This document shows, one piece after another, positions 23,988-36,701 of a stretch of DNA of 64,000 nucleotides. The DNA is from Patellaria atrata CBS 101060 (lineage: Eukaryota). Where the stretch lies: positions 378,623 through 442,622 of the forward strand of contig MU006092.1 of the NCBI GenBank assembly GCA_010093705.1. The letters run 5' to 3'. Below the pieces are notes generated by a model. That model was given only the letters and a program-made list of their open reading frames with translations. It searched no databases and was not told the DNA's origin. A program made the translations under genes and the position numbers. Position 1 is the first letter of the stretch. Every line of letters begins with the position of its first letter.

Positions 23988-26291
23988 ATGGCAGAAAATA
24001 CATCGCTCGATAAACCCCCGTCTCCATTTGAAATTATAATGAGCTGTTCCATTTGCCAGAAACTTATTTCGGACATCTACAGACACCCGGAAACAAACAG
24101 TCTACGCGACGGAACAGATAACCTAATCATCACGAAGCTATGGTTGACGGAATGCGCGCACCTCACCTGCTCTCAGCATCTTGAAGGAGGTGGTACGTCC
24201 ATTCGTAGCGGACTTTTGTTCGTTCATGAGCTGATTGTCATGATAATAGGGCCGCCTTTCCATCGAGAAGGGGAGCAACCCAAAGCGCCTTGTCCTATGT
24301 GTACTGCAGAACGAGGTGATAGGAAACCGAAACGATTGTACGGAATTCGAGGCAAAGCAGATGATGAACATGATGAGGCGATACCTGGGAATTGGTTTCA
24401 AACACCTCCCATGGATCTAGGACCAGGCATGGAGGCATTTAGGGTACATACATCCTCTGACCATGGATGGGGTGACCTTTGTCTAATATGTCTTCAACAG
24501 TTTCAATACCTCTCGCTGATCAAATATGGGACTATGATCACTCGGCGTTTCCGAGAAGCCCTGAATTCCCGTGAACAGTATAAAGTTCAGCTTATCAACG
24601 TTACGAATGATCGAGCATCCCTCGAACAAGAAATGAATGGCTTAAAATTGAGGGTAAAAGACCTTGAAGAGACCGAAGCTAAATGGTTGCGATACAAGAA
24701 GCGAGAGCCATCTGTGACGCATTACCTTAGTATTGTATCTGACATTGCAAAGTTAGTTCTTGTTGAAGTGACATATTCTCAATACTAACATATGCGCAGT
24801 GAGAATGCACTTCTGAAACAACAACTAGTATCTTTGGGTTACAAGGTGCCTCAAACAAACTATGCGTTCAAAGGTCCTAATGAGTCTGGGGAACTTACGA
24901 ACAATGAAGATACCTCGAGACGAAACTTCGGCACGCAAAGACCTGCAACGCGAAGCAGCCCAACCCGTCAAGGTACACCAAAGCAACAAAATGGCTCATC
25001 GTGGAGCCGTACACTCCTTAGTCGAGGCGCTGGATCGTATCACGGCAATGCAAATGATTCGGGTTCACCAGTGAGAAAGAGAAAATACCAACAGATTCAG
25101 GAGGACGTTGAACCTCAGATATATGCCCGGCAAAATAGCCGTGAAAAGATGCCCCCTCCTCCACTCCCACCTTCGCGAACGGAACTGAAAGCTAGGGATC
25201 TTGCACATGGCACGTTTGTAGAGCTGACACAACATGGACAACAACATCTGGACAGTCAGACGTATTCTGAAGCTATGATTTCAAACGTGGAGCTCCATGA
25301 CGATAGAGGAAGGCAAGAGTTTCAGAATAGACCGATGCTGGCAAGAGAAGAGCATCCGACCAGTTTCAAAGGACGTAACGCTGAACCTGAGCCCCTAATG
25401 AGCGGTCCTTTCCAACTAGAGCGTGATCACCCTGACGACTACCGTTGGATGAAAGAGCTAAGAGGCAGCCTCAGCGCATCTAACGGGATACGAGATCAAT
25501 ACGAAGTACCCGGATTGATACAAGACCCAAGAATCCTACACCCGGACCGAAATGTGGGTCATCTCCCGTCAACCCCTTCTCGTGTTCAACAAATCAGTCT
25601 TCCACCCCCCGGAATGTATGTGAAACCAGACCATCTAGGCGAAAGGCGATACAACACGGTTGGATCCCTCCCGTTAGACTCCACTCTCAACTCGTTTTCA
25701 AATAATCGTAACACTACAGTTTATAGACCGCATTCTCGGTACCAAAATGACAGCGTAGCTCCCAATCCAGCTCATCGACGACCTCCTATTTCGCAGAGAT
25801 TTAACGTTTCAAGTACTGCTCCAAGTTATAGAAATCCGCGCAGCTTGAATGGATTATCATTCATAGAAGAACCTTACGACGTTGTGAATGAGCCTTTACT
25901 TCAAAGTAGCACACGCTCAAGGATGTACTCTGGGTTAACAGAGCCCTCTAGGTCGGTGAACCCCCACGTCGACGGGAATGGGATATTTCACCGATCTGAG
26001 ATCCCACCTTCTTCTCATATCCGTAGTGGGGCACCGGCAGCCTCACCCCGCGATGAACAACTTTTTAGAGCGGTGCCAGATCTTCCTTCAAGTACTCCAT
26101 CCGTATATCAGAACATTCCACCGACGCTCAATGGGGGGTTTTCAAACATAAGAGATGGCAGAATCAGTTTTCCGGTCAGGTCTACTGCAGTATCACAGCG
26201 GAGGATGACGGAGCCGATCCGACGCGATGATAAAGCTCCTTCTCGTGGCTTATTTTCATCTACTGGGGGTAGAAGAGTTGTCAGAAGATAG
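23988..26291 (+). CDS. RING + coiled-coil + disordered-tail protein, Zip3/RNF212/HEI10 crossover E3 ligase family
   Basis: RING CSIC...LWLTECAHLTCSQH...CPMC, then a coiled coil (LEQEMNGLKLRVKDLEE) and an S/P/R-rich tail. Introns 24193-24249, 24444-24500 and 24752-24799. Confidence 0.7.
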
Positions 26292-27286
26292 TGGCTATGC
26301 TTTGGTTATACAAATTTGTGGGGTTATCGAGCGGTAACAAATGTAGTTCTATGAAGGGTAAACACTAAAGTGACGCATTTGATGTCATGGAGTATCATGT
26401 GCTTGCCACTTTCAATCCAATATTTTTTTAGTCAGCTAGAAAGTAAGAGAGTTCCCTGGACTACTAGTGGATGTTTGCGATGATTTTTCAGTTCTCTTTT
26501 TCTTGACTTCGATGTATACCACCGTTTAACTAATCACTTCTCTTTAACCTTGTTTTCTCCATCAGTCAGTTAAAATCCATACACTCTACTCCCAATTCTA
26601 CAAAATGGAATCTTTCACGCGATTATGGATAGTGACGTACGGGCCGATTTAATACCCAATTTGTGAAAACGCCCCGCTTTCCGTCTCCAACCCATAGTAC
26701 ATGCCCCTGGTTCCTGTATAATGATTGCGAATGTGATTATGGAGTTGATATTAAAAAGCAGGGACCATAGCTGATTCATGCATGACTTTCTTATTTCCCC
26801 GGATTCACCAGTCCGCGCTAGATTCTCAACCAATCAACGTTTGCCCAAGTCCAATTTATATGAAGCGTAACGACAACCTCCGGACCGCAAAAGGTTAGGA
26901 GTAGAGGATTAGTGTCAATCAAAGGCAAGAAATCTTCTAGAAAGCTTCTGACGTATGCAATTTTCCTTGGGTCTCCCGACTGGGCAATCTTGTTTTAACA
27001 TTCACGTCGAGGAACACAGTAGGATTGGACCAGTAGAAATGCTCTCAGTGGTCGCATTGCGAATATAATTGCAGATTAGAAACAGCTCATTCGGGTCGGC
27101 TGGGATCGAGAATGTAGATCATTAATTGAAACCTTCACTCAATCCGCCTCTTAATATGACTATCATAGTGGGTATACTAATATCAATAATCAACTTCAGG
27201 GTACACCACGCTGTTTAAATACTGGTCCTCTCTCTCGCCATGAATTTCTTTGGTCCTACACTTTGTGAAAAGTGAACTGAATCAAT

Positions 27287-28432
27287 ATGCGTCTTTCCTC
27301 AACCCTTCTTGGTGCTGCAGCTGCAGCAACTGTACTCGCTGAAAGAAATGGTCATACATTCCCAAGAGTCGGAGCACGCCAGACGACAACAAACACTTCC
27401 GAGCATCTTCAATGGTGGGGAATCAATCTGAGTGGTGCCGAATTCGGGAACCAGAACTTCAGCGGAGTTTACGGTAGAGAGTACATATGGTATGACTTTA
27501 ACGCAATTGATGTACGTTATGAATTAGCTTTCTATGTGGATGGAAAGAGATGCCTTACTAAGTTCATATGATAGACCTTCCTTGCACAAGGCATGAACCA
27601 CTTCCGTATCAATTTTCTAATGGAACGTTTGACTCCGAACGAACTCACCGCACCTCTGGATCCTTACTATGCTGGTAATCTTTCAGAGGTATTTGAATAC
27701 TTGTATTCAGGTCTATAATATGTCTAACGAAAGCAGACTGTTTCATATATCACCCAAAAAGGAGCATACGTACAGATCCAACCCCATAACTACGGCCGCT
27801 TCTACAACGAAATCATCACCGACGTCGCCGGCTTCGAGACCTGGTGGAAGAATGTCGCAACACCATACGTCGATAACGACCTCGTCATCTTCGACACCAA
27901 CAACGAATATCATGACATGGACCAACAGCTCGTCTTCGACCTCAACCAAGCTGCCATCAACGGCATCCGCGCTGCGGGCGCTCTGACCCAATACATCACC
28001 CCAGAGGGCAACAGCTGGACCGGCGCCTGGACCTGGGTCTCCAGCGGCAACGGCGCCAGTCTCATCAACCTCAAAGATCCCGCTGACATGCTCATCTACC
28101 AGATGCACCAGTACCTCGACACCGACGGTTCCGGCACGCACGAGGAGTGTGTTTCTGCGACCATCTTCAGGGAACGTCTTGTGGCTGCTACCAATTGGCT
28201 GAAGCAGAACAACCAGAAGGGGATCATTGGTGAATTTGCGGGTGGCGCGAACGAGCAATGTATCAAGGCTATTCAGGATGGTCTGACGTACCTGAGGGAG
28301 AATAGGGATGTCTGGACCGGTGCGCTATGGTGGGCCGCTGGACCTTGGTGGGGTGATTATATGTATTCGATGGAGCCCCCGAGTGGACCGGCGTATACGG
28401 GTGTGTTGCCACAGATTAAGGATTATGTATAA
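27287..28432 (+). CDS. Endo-beta-1,4-glucanase, GH5 (subfamily 5 type)
   Basis: Signal peptide; [17 protein letters not shown], acid/base [15 protein letters not shown], nucleophile GEFAGG and WWAAGPWWG. Introns 27512-27574 and 27689-27736. Confidence 0.95.
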
Positions 28433-29696
28433 TCATAAGGCGGAAACCTCTCGGGATGGGGATGTTGCGAGTCTTTATGACTATATTTAGAATATCTTGA
28501 ATGCGAATCATACGAACACTTCCATACCCCCTATGCCATTAGTCGTATATGGTGATTAGGTCGAATATGAATAGAAATAGGTAGAGGTATGATTCGGTAT
28601 CGTACTCTATCCATGGATCCATTTCCTCAAATCCTTGTTGGAGCATTTCAAAACTCTTTGTACACCTAAGCTGCACATTTATCTGACTTGATTATACGGC
28701 ACGCTGAAATGTCATGCTCAGCCCACCTGGGGCCTCATGACGTTGTCTGAACAGCAATTGTACAACAAGCTAGTAACTTGAGACCTGAAAAGGGGAAGGA
28801 GATACACATTATTCGTACAATCCTTCGAAAGACTCTCATATATTCCACTAATACAATTCTACGATCCATATATCGCTGTAGACACTCCTCACTCCCTATA
28901 CGCCGGGTATGAGCATATTGTTGAAGTCGAAATATACCTCCTTTTTAAGTTTTCATTTTCCTGAACATGCAAGTCGAGGGGCGTCGATTATACGATCAGG
29001 ATAGTTAGTGAGAAAGGGGGGAGAAGGCCATGAAGAGAGTAGAGTATGATTGCTGGGAAATGCTGAGCCAGATAAAAATGAGATTTAAGGTTATTAAACG
29101 ATTTTAAACCTCGAGCAGCCGTTCATATTACAGGATCTATCGACTACTAATACAGAAAAACTTTCCTAGATGATATCTTGATGTACCGTACAACTGAGCC
29201 AGGAAATGGTTGATTTCAGTTAAGACTCGAATGTAGCTATTATTTGATGCTAAGTAATACTAGTATATGGAAAATTGAAAGTGAAAATCAATGTTGGATA
29301 TGGAGAAGTTCGACGTCGGTGTTATGATTAAGATTTTATGGCTGGCGACCTTTCCCAATTAGGTAGAGCTTCAGCGACTTAACGTAGTGATTTCACATAC
29401 TGACTCGAACATCAGACTCACATCCTTCTGCTTGATACAGTACCAGTCGGAGAAAAGAACTCGATTCTAAAGGAATCTTGACCCTGGCGCGTTGAGTATA
29501 CCAGACGAGATGGAGTCACTCAGTCGAGCTTGCGTCACCGCGCAGTTCCACCGATCACCCACCGAAGCTCCACCTAAGAAACAAACACTCTCCTTTTCGC
29601 ACAATTACCACAACAACTAAACTAAGATACCCAGATTCACTGTTCACCTAGAAAGTTAATCCAGAAAGTTTAATCAGAGCCACTGAATCCGTCAAC

Positions 29697-30659
29697 ATGT
29701 CTCGTCCCAATCTTGGAAGGATCGCATCCACAAACCTTACAAGTGGGGTCGGTAGCAGGATCCTGGAGGGAAAAGTTGCTATTGTAACAGGTGCTTCTAG
29801 AGGTTCGTCTCTTTAAACACTGTCTATACACTGATTTGCTAATCACTCAATTTCTCCAGGCATTGGAGCGGCCATCTGCCGCAACCTCGCAGGCAAAGGA
29901 TGCTCGCTCGTCATGAACTACACTTCAGATTCCTCTGCGGAACCCGCCACTAAACTCGCGGAGGAGTTGCAAGAATCAGAAGGGATTAAAGCTATCACAG
30001 TGCAAGCGGATATGGGCTCCGAAACAGGTCCTGCTCATGTCGTTGAGATTGCGAGAAACCACTTCGCGCATCCTAAAACCGGAAAGTTCGTCATCGATAT
30101 CATCGTGAACAACGCTGGTGTTGCTAAGAATCAAGCGATCGAGGACGTCACGATCGACGCCTTCTCGAAACTCTACAACGTCAACGTACGTGGCCCTCTC
30201 TTGCTCATGAAGGCAGCCACCCAGTATCTTCCCACCGACCGCTCCGGCCGTATTGTCAATATCTCGAGCGTCAGCGCACGCTTAGGGTATGCAACACAGT
30301 CTATCTACGGCGGTACGAAGGCGGCGCTGGAGGCTATGACGAGGACATGGGCAAGAGAGTTGGCAGAACGAGCAACAGTTAATGCAATCAATCCTGGACC
30401 GGTAGCGACTGATATGTATGAGAAGACTGATGAGGCATTCGTCAAGCAGAATGCACCTCATATCAAGAACGGGCCACTTACAGCGCCACGTCAAGGGGTT
30501 GATCCTCAAAAGTACGTGGATGCGGCACCGGTGACTGGCGGACGGCCAGCCTACGATTTCGAGATTGCGGGCGCTGTAGGAATGTTGGTTCTTCCAGAGG
30601 CTGCCTGGACCACTGGGAGTGTGGTTTGTGCTAATGGTGGTATGGTCTTCAGTCTGTAA
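29697..30659 (+). CDS. Classical short-chain dehydrogenase/reductase
   Basis: TGASRGIG is restored across intron 29803-29859. Also NNAG, catalytic YGGTK and NPGPVAT. Confidence 0.92.
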
Positions 30660-30971
30660 TGCAGAGACATAATGCACAACATTGTTCAAGTTCCTCACTC
30701 GTGCACTTGTTGATTCAAGCTGTCTACGTAATGTACCTGACAGCCAGTCTATCACGTATGAAATTCGAAGAAAATTTTTGTTCATTCTACATAATGGGTG
30801 TTCGAAATACGCTTGTACGGCCAAGGGGACTTATATGAACAGTAAGTCGCCACCAATCACATGTGGCTGTAGGCGAGCCCCAGCCTCATCCCTCATCCCT
30901 CTTCAAACTTCAAACTTCAATCTTACCTCACCTCCCCCCTATTCTTTCACATTGTCCAATTACGCTCTTAT

Positions 30972-33022
30972 GTGGTCGATGAAGACGCGCTTACTATGCC
31001 GAAATCTATGCATGCCGTTGAGCCGAATTGTACAACGTGTGAATCGGATCATTTTGTTCAAAAGCTTGTGGAAGCCGACACAGACTTGGATTATATTTCC
31101 CTAGAATATTCTAGCTTAAAGCGAAGCTCAGGTGACAGTTGCGAATTATGTACTTGGCTGGTCAAGATTATTTCGAGCTTCTTCAAACCTCCGTTAGAAG
31201 ACTTCACTTTAAGTGCGGATACTCGTCCCACAGATTTGAGACGCAAATCATGGAAGTTAGAATCAGGTGCGGATGATTGGACACCTAATTACATCCAAAT
31301 TCTTGTACATGATGACCTCGACTTGTAACGAGAACATAATTTGCTCGGATAAAGACAGCTGTACTATTGGATCCGGCGGCAAACTCATCAATCCAAATAA
31401 CGCCGATCTAAAGTTGTTTTCGTAATGGCTTTCACTATGCTAGCACCACTATGTTCAGTGTCGCCCAAACGTCTGGCCAGAGACAAGTGCACTCAAACTT
31501 CGGCTAATAGACGTCGTGGATGGATTTGTGGTCGATACATTTGGACAAACGGAAGACTACAGCTATGATACTCTCAGTTACGAATGGGGAGAAAAGGTGC
31601 AGTTTGTCTTACTCAGTTAAGCTTTACTCAGTTGACGAAAGCAGAAGGCCTCTTTGACCATAGTTGTGGGTTACCATTGACTGTTCAAGATGCTATAGGG
31701 GTATGTCGACTAATGGGGTTTCGGTATTTGTGGTGTGATACCCTCTGCATTATACAAGACGATGGCGAAGATAGGATCTAACAGATCAAGCATATGGATG
31801 CCGTGTATGCATGTGCTACCTTCGCAATTGCAGCTACCTTGGGGACCAATAGTGAGGCTGGACTCCCAGGTATCGATCAGAGGCAAAGACGAACACACCA
31901 ATCGACAAAGACTTTCCAAGGCCATAAGCTTATTGCCACATGTGGTGGTCTTGACCAGAATATAAGGACATCCAAATGGAGGTCAAGACTGTAGACTTTA
32001 CAAGAAGAAGAACTCTCCTGTCGAGTACTCTATTTTAGCACTGAAATGGCTATGTTCCGTTTTAAAAGAGCAGAATGGTGGGAAGACATCTCCGAGGGTA
32101 TGATAGACGGTACTGTTCCACTGCGCCTAACCGAAGAATCTTCAGACACATATTCTGCAGTTTTATCTGCCTATCAAAGCTATACTAAGTCACTAGCTAA
32201 TGCGTGGAGCAAACGGGATGTAACTCGTGATGAGCATGCACTGTACGCTATTACTAGCTTTTGAACTCTTATTCAGCGGACCTAGGTAAATTTCACTGGG
32301 CGATTCCCGAGACCTAATTCACTAAAGGGTTGCTCTGGGTTTTAGGGCGCATGATCAGGTGTCCCCAACGAACAGGATTTCTTTCGTGGTCCTGGCTAAG
32401 CTGTAAATTCGAAGCAAATTCCACGCGGAGCCTATATTGTGGTCTAGCATCCGATGCAGCGATATTCAGAATGACAATATATTACCATAACTCGAACGGA
32501 TTGCAAAGTTTCATAAACTATCCTAGTCACACCATCATATCCGAAGGGTTCATATTCCGGAATAAACTCTACAAGGACGGACTCGACGTGATATCTTTTG
32601 TCATTCTAGATCATATGCGCTCTGAACATCCTCCAGATGACCTATCTTTTGGGGAATTTGAAACCCGTAAACATCTTATCATGTTTTAGACGAGTTCAGC
32701 CATGCTGAAATTCGAAAGAACGATCGGTCCGCTCAAGATATCCATACTTGAGCTATCCACGCTTTCCGGTCAAACCCCTTCCTTCTCCTATTAGATGACG
32801 GGGTTACCGATTTACAATATCAATGGGCATATGGAATGCATCGTTCTTAGCTTTTATCAAAATCCAAGTGGAGCCCAGAAACAAAGAGATGGTATGGCTA
32901 CGCTGTACGTTATGGCCATTGAGTGGGTAAATGGCATAGCGTATTGTGTTAGTGTATACCAGGTTCATCAGTCCCTTTGGTTGGAAGCAAATCCAGTACG
33001 CAAATTCATTCCTCTCGCATGA
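30972..33022 (+). pseudogene. HET (heterokaryon incompatibility) domain pseudogene
   Basis: HET motifs [45 protein letters not shown] and SRL*TLQE are broken by many stops (31326, 31423, 31441, 31779, 31992, 32262, 32687) and a frameshift at ~31590. Confidence 0.9.
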
Positions 33023-34189
33023 GCTTACTGGTAGCGATCTGGTTCTCTACTCACCTTCATCAACCATTAGTCTCCTAGCCGTGCATATCCTCACTCGTTG
33101 CAGAGCCTTCTGATTTATATCTGAATCTTTCCCATTCATTATATTAACGTTATCTGAAGTTGTTATTAATCGTTGTATCTAATCGTTCTCTTCATCATCT
33201 TTGTCTCCCCTAAATCATGAATGTGCTCGACGTCCGGCGAACCTTCTAAATATACAGTTGTCTTGCTAGTATTGTCTTCTCTTTAGCATATGAGCTCTTC
33301 ATTTCTAGCCTTAATTTCTTTGTAGGGTGTCACTTTCCCCTTTATATATATCTAACCCTTATATCCTTCATCTAGTTACGATACATTTTCATTTTTCGCA
33401 AGGACTCCTCAAGATTACTATCTGAATGCCAGTTCTAACGCCTGTTACGACGAAATAAACGAATTTGGCATCTCAATTGTTCCTCATACTTGGGGCCAGA
33501 TCCGTAACCGTTTCCAAACTTCAGAGGAGCTCCTTCGTTAAGACATCTGATTCAACTTTTGAATCTAGATATCATGACAAGTAATCACACCCCCACAATT
33601 TTGTAGTCAGAAAGATATGTAAGGTTATAATACCACTCTGGATCATGTATTCGCTCAAAAGAGGATGTATGAGAATATACTCGTTATGGCTGTACAGTAT
33701 GACAAGAGCCCCCACTGTACTGTAAGACCGCGCCTGACCGAACGAAGCAACTCTTGTCATCTGTACCAGCTAACCCTACATAACCACCAAATAGTACAAA
33801 ACGACCCGATGTACACTTTCCCATGATTGAGATATGAAATGACATGTGAAGAGCTGCGTGGTTCACTTAAGCGTATATATGTAAATTCTCTACTGCATGC
33901 GGCACGATTCCTCAAATATGTCGCCGACTTCACGGTACGAGAAGAGCCATACTATAAGAGTACCCATAAAATGTACAGAGACCTCTGCTGTTACCTTAGG
34001 TGCTTCTATCATGTGGCCCGCTCGAAGGTTCCTGATTTAACGGTTCCGTATAACTATCATCAACTGTCCAGACGATTATACCGTACAAACTACCAGTACT
34101 AAGCCATGAGTCATTTTAAAAGGTCTTCAATTGTAAATATGATACATCGAGTCCATGCCCACCAACTCACCCCAATTCCAACATAAACC

Positions 34190-36301
34190 CTAATCATCTT
34201 CCCCATCTTCGACCCTCGGATTCCTCTCCCCATTCGGACCAATCCCGCCAATCCCAGCCACCTCATCCGTATCCAGATGATCCAACAACTCCTCAATCTC
34301 CTCATCCGCGACCTCCCGCTCGCTGTCCTCCTCAAACGCAACCTCGGTCTCAACCGCATGCTGCACCATCCACCTCTGCAGCTCCCGCAGACGTTCCGTA
34401 TTCTCCACGATCCTATGGGCCGGGATACCGGACTCCCTGATCCGTCTCTCAACGTCCTCGACCGTAGGCTGCGCGCCGGTCGCGGGGTCGACAACTGGCT
34501 GGTTGATCTCGCTGGCGTCGTACCAGGGCAGTATAGAGTGGAAGAAGGCCTGGAGCGTGCGGACCTCGCCGAGGACCTGGTTGAGATTCATGGCTGACTG
34601 GGAGCTGGAGTCGCGGGGGACGGTTGGGGAGTAGGAGGGGAGGTTGTCGTCCGGAGGAAGCGGGTCGGACGAGGAGGAGAGCTGTGAGGTGATTTCGCGG
34701 GGTAGGAGCGCGATGATGGAACGTTCGTTTGTGAGGATGGCGTGGCGGGCTAGGGGCTTCTTGATGGGGTAGTCGCCGTCTGCGTGGGTTTCCGAGGAGG
34801 GTTTGGCGGCGTGCGCGACTTCCATGAGGAGGGATGTCGCTTCAGGCGTGTTCCAGATGTCTTTGGCGCGGAGGACGTAGAGTTCTGTGATTAGTTTCTC
34901 GTAGGGGGTGCGGGGTTGAGAGCCCCATACTGAGGGTGGAATAGGGTCGATGTTCAGTTCTTGAAAGAGGCGGGCTGTTGTCCAGGGATTCTTTTCTATG
35001 GCAGAGATTAGGAGAGTGCGGCCTTCTCGGGCTTTGCCTGTTTGGACGTATGCGAGACCAAGCGTATATTGGATGTTGGGGATGTTCTCCCATTTAGGTT
35101 TGAAGAATGCACTTTCGGCAAGTTCGATAAAATGTTGAGGTTGACGGGCTCGGAGAGCATATTGATCGATGACCAGGTGAACACGGTACGGATCTCGATC
35201 GGGATCTAAGCTCAGCAAGAGTTTTGCCCATTCGTAGACTGTCCGCCAGGTAGCTCTTCTGCTGAGATTCTCGATGTACATCCACGAAGCCAACCAGAAC
35301 TCTCTATTTTCTGGGCGATTGAAGTCAAGTCGAGCCTTCCCTTCTGCAAGCTTATTCGGGAAAGTAGAATGTACAGCTCGTCCAAATGAAAACAAAGCTC
35401 GCTCAAGTCGATCACCGGAATCCGCGTGTTGTCCGCGGTGTTTGACTATTTCAGAGACCTGAAGTAACGTGGATATGTGATAAGGGTTAAAATGTTCTAA
35501 TCCAAGTAGACGTTCAGGATCCATAGAAGCAACGCATGTTTGAAACTGCCGCTGCGTGTCTTGATATAATGTACTGTGAACAAAACGATACTCGACAACT
35601 CCATCTGACTCCTTCTCCACGACATCCATCCCCAACCCACCTCCGGTACCGGGGGGCCATGTGTCCTTAGGTTGCATGAAGATGTTGGCCCGTGAAATAC
35701 GGAGACCTGGTTGATTACGTCCAGTACCAATGTTCTGTGCCCTACGGCCTTGCTGGCGCCGAGCAGCGGGAGCTGGAGCATCTTCTTCCATGGCTGCTCT
35801 CCCAAATAGTCTCCTCATCTCATTGCTAGCATGGAGAGACTGTCTGTCGATGCAGATGAGTTTGTACAGTTCTTCAGCAATGGGGTCAAAGGCGTCCGAT
35901 GAGAAAGTTTTCGGTGTTACCCCCATGTTAGTGAGCGATAGAGCCTTGAGAGCACGATCGATTTCATCCTCTTTGCTCTCATCCTTCTTTGAGGTTCCCG
36001 CCTTGGGTTGCTGGGCTTGTACTGGTTCTGGAACTTTTACCTTTTTTGACTTCTTTTTTTTCCGTTTAGCACTGGTACTCTTGATATGCTGAGTTTCCGG
36101 AACGGGAGTGTCTTCTTCCTCTTCGTCTGGCTCATGATCTTCTTTATCCTCTTCTGCATCTTTCAACATAGCAAATAAACTCTTTTTCTGAGGCATAGTC
36201 GATCCCTCCTCTTCCGATTCTTCTTCTTGAGCTTGGAGTTCTTGAAGTTTTCGTTGCTCTTCTAGCTCACGCTGAGCTTTCCGTAGCGCTCGTGAAGACA
36301 T
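34190..36301 (-). CDS. RQC1: Ribosome quality control protein Rqc1 / TCF25 family
   Basis: 703 aa ORF with N-terminus MSSRALRK, PYHISTLLQVS, ERALFSFGR, RLDFNRPENREF and EWAKLLLSLDP. Confidence 0.88.
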   Translation of the reverse strand: MSSRALRKAQRELEEQRKLQELQAQEEESEEEGSTMPQKKSLFAMLKDAEEDKEDHEPDEEEEDTPVPETQHIKSTSAKRKKKKSKKVKVPEPVQAQQPKAGTSKKDESKEDEIDRALKALSLTNMGVTPKTFSSDAFDPIAEELYKLICIDRQSLHASNEMRRLFGRAAMEEDAPAPAARRQQGRRAQNIGTGRNQPGLRISRANIFMQPKDTWPPGTGGGLGMDVVEKESDGVVEYRFVHSTLYQDTQRQFQTCVASMDPERLLGLEHFNPYHISTLLQVSEIVKHRGQHADSGDRLERALFSFGRAVHSTFPNKLAEGKARLDFNRPENREFWLASWMYIENLSRRATWRTVYEWAKLLLSLDPDRDPYRVHLVIDQYALRARQPQHFIELAESAFFKPKWENIPNIQYTLGLAYVQTGKAREGRTLLISAIEKNPWTTARLFQELNIDPIPPSVWGSQPRTPYEKLITELYVLRAKDIWNTPEATSLLMEVAHAAKPSSETHADGDYPIKKPLARHAILTNERSIIALLPREITSQLSSSSDPLPPDDNLPSYSPTVPRDSSSQSAMNLNQVLGEVRTLQAFFHSILPWYDASEINQPVVDPATGAQPTVEDVERRIRESGIPAHRIVENTERLRELQRWMVQHAVETEVAFEEDSEREVADEEIEELLDHLDTDEVAGIGGIGPNGERNPRVEDGEDD

Positions 36302-36701
36302 GGTGATATAGTTTTATACACCTACTTATTCGTTCCGAATAATCCTCTGAGATGAGATGGATCCTGTAGCGGACTTTGGGGTTCTATGTGTAACATCCCA
36401 AGCTATGACTTGTGAGATTTAAATCAAGGACAACCCAAGATATTTGAAATTTGACATGAGTCACCAGAGTTATGATACAGTACCTTCTGTATGTAAGTCT
36501 TAATTTTTTTTTTATTGTTTGTACAAAGTGTTCGTCCAGTTACAATTGTGTCATAGTAAAATTACGGTATGCACTAGCCGTATTCGGCGTGGCTCGGAAC
36601 GGTTATCTCACTTCATAACCGGTGAGGGAGATCAGAGATCTACGCTCCATCTTTCTCTCTCTATCCTCCCTCACGGTGTTCATCTTGCGCTTCCAGACCA
36701 A

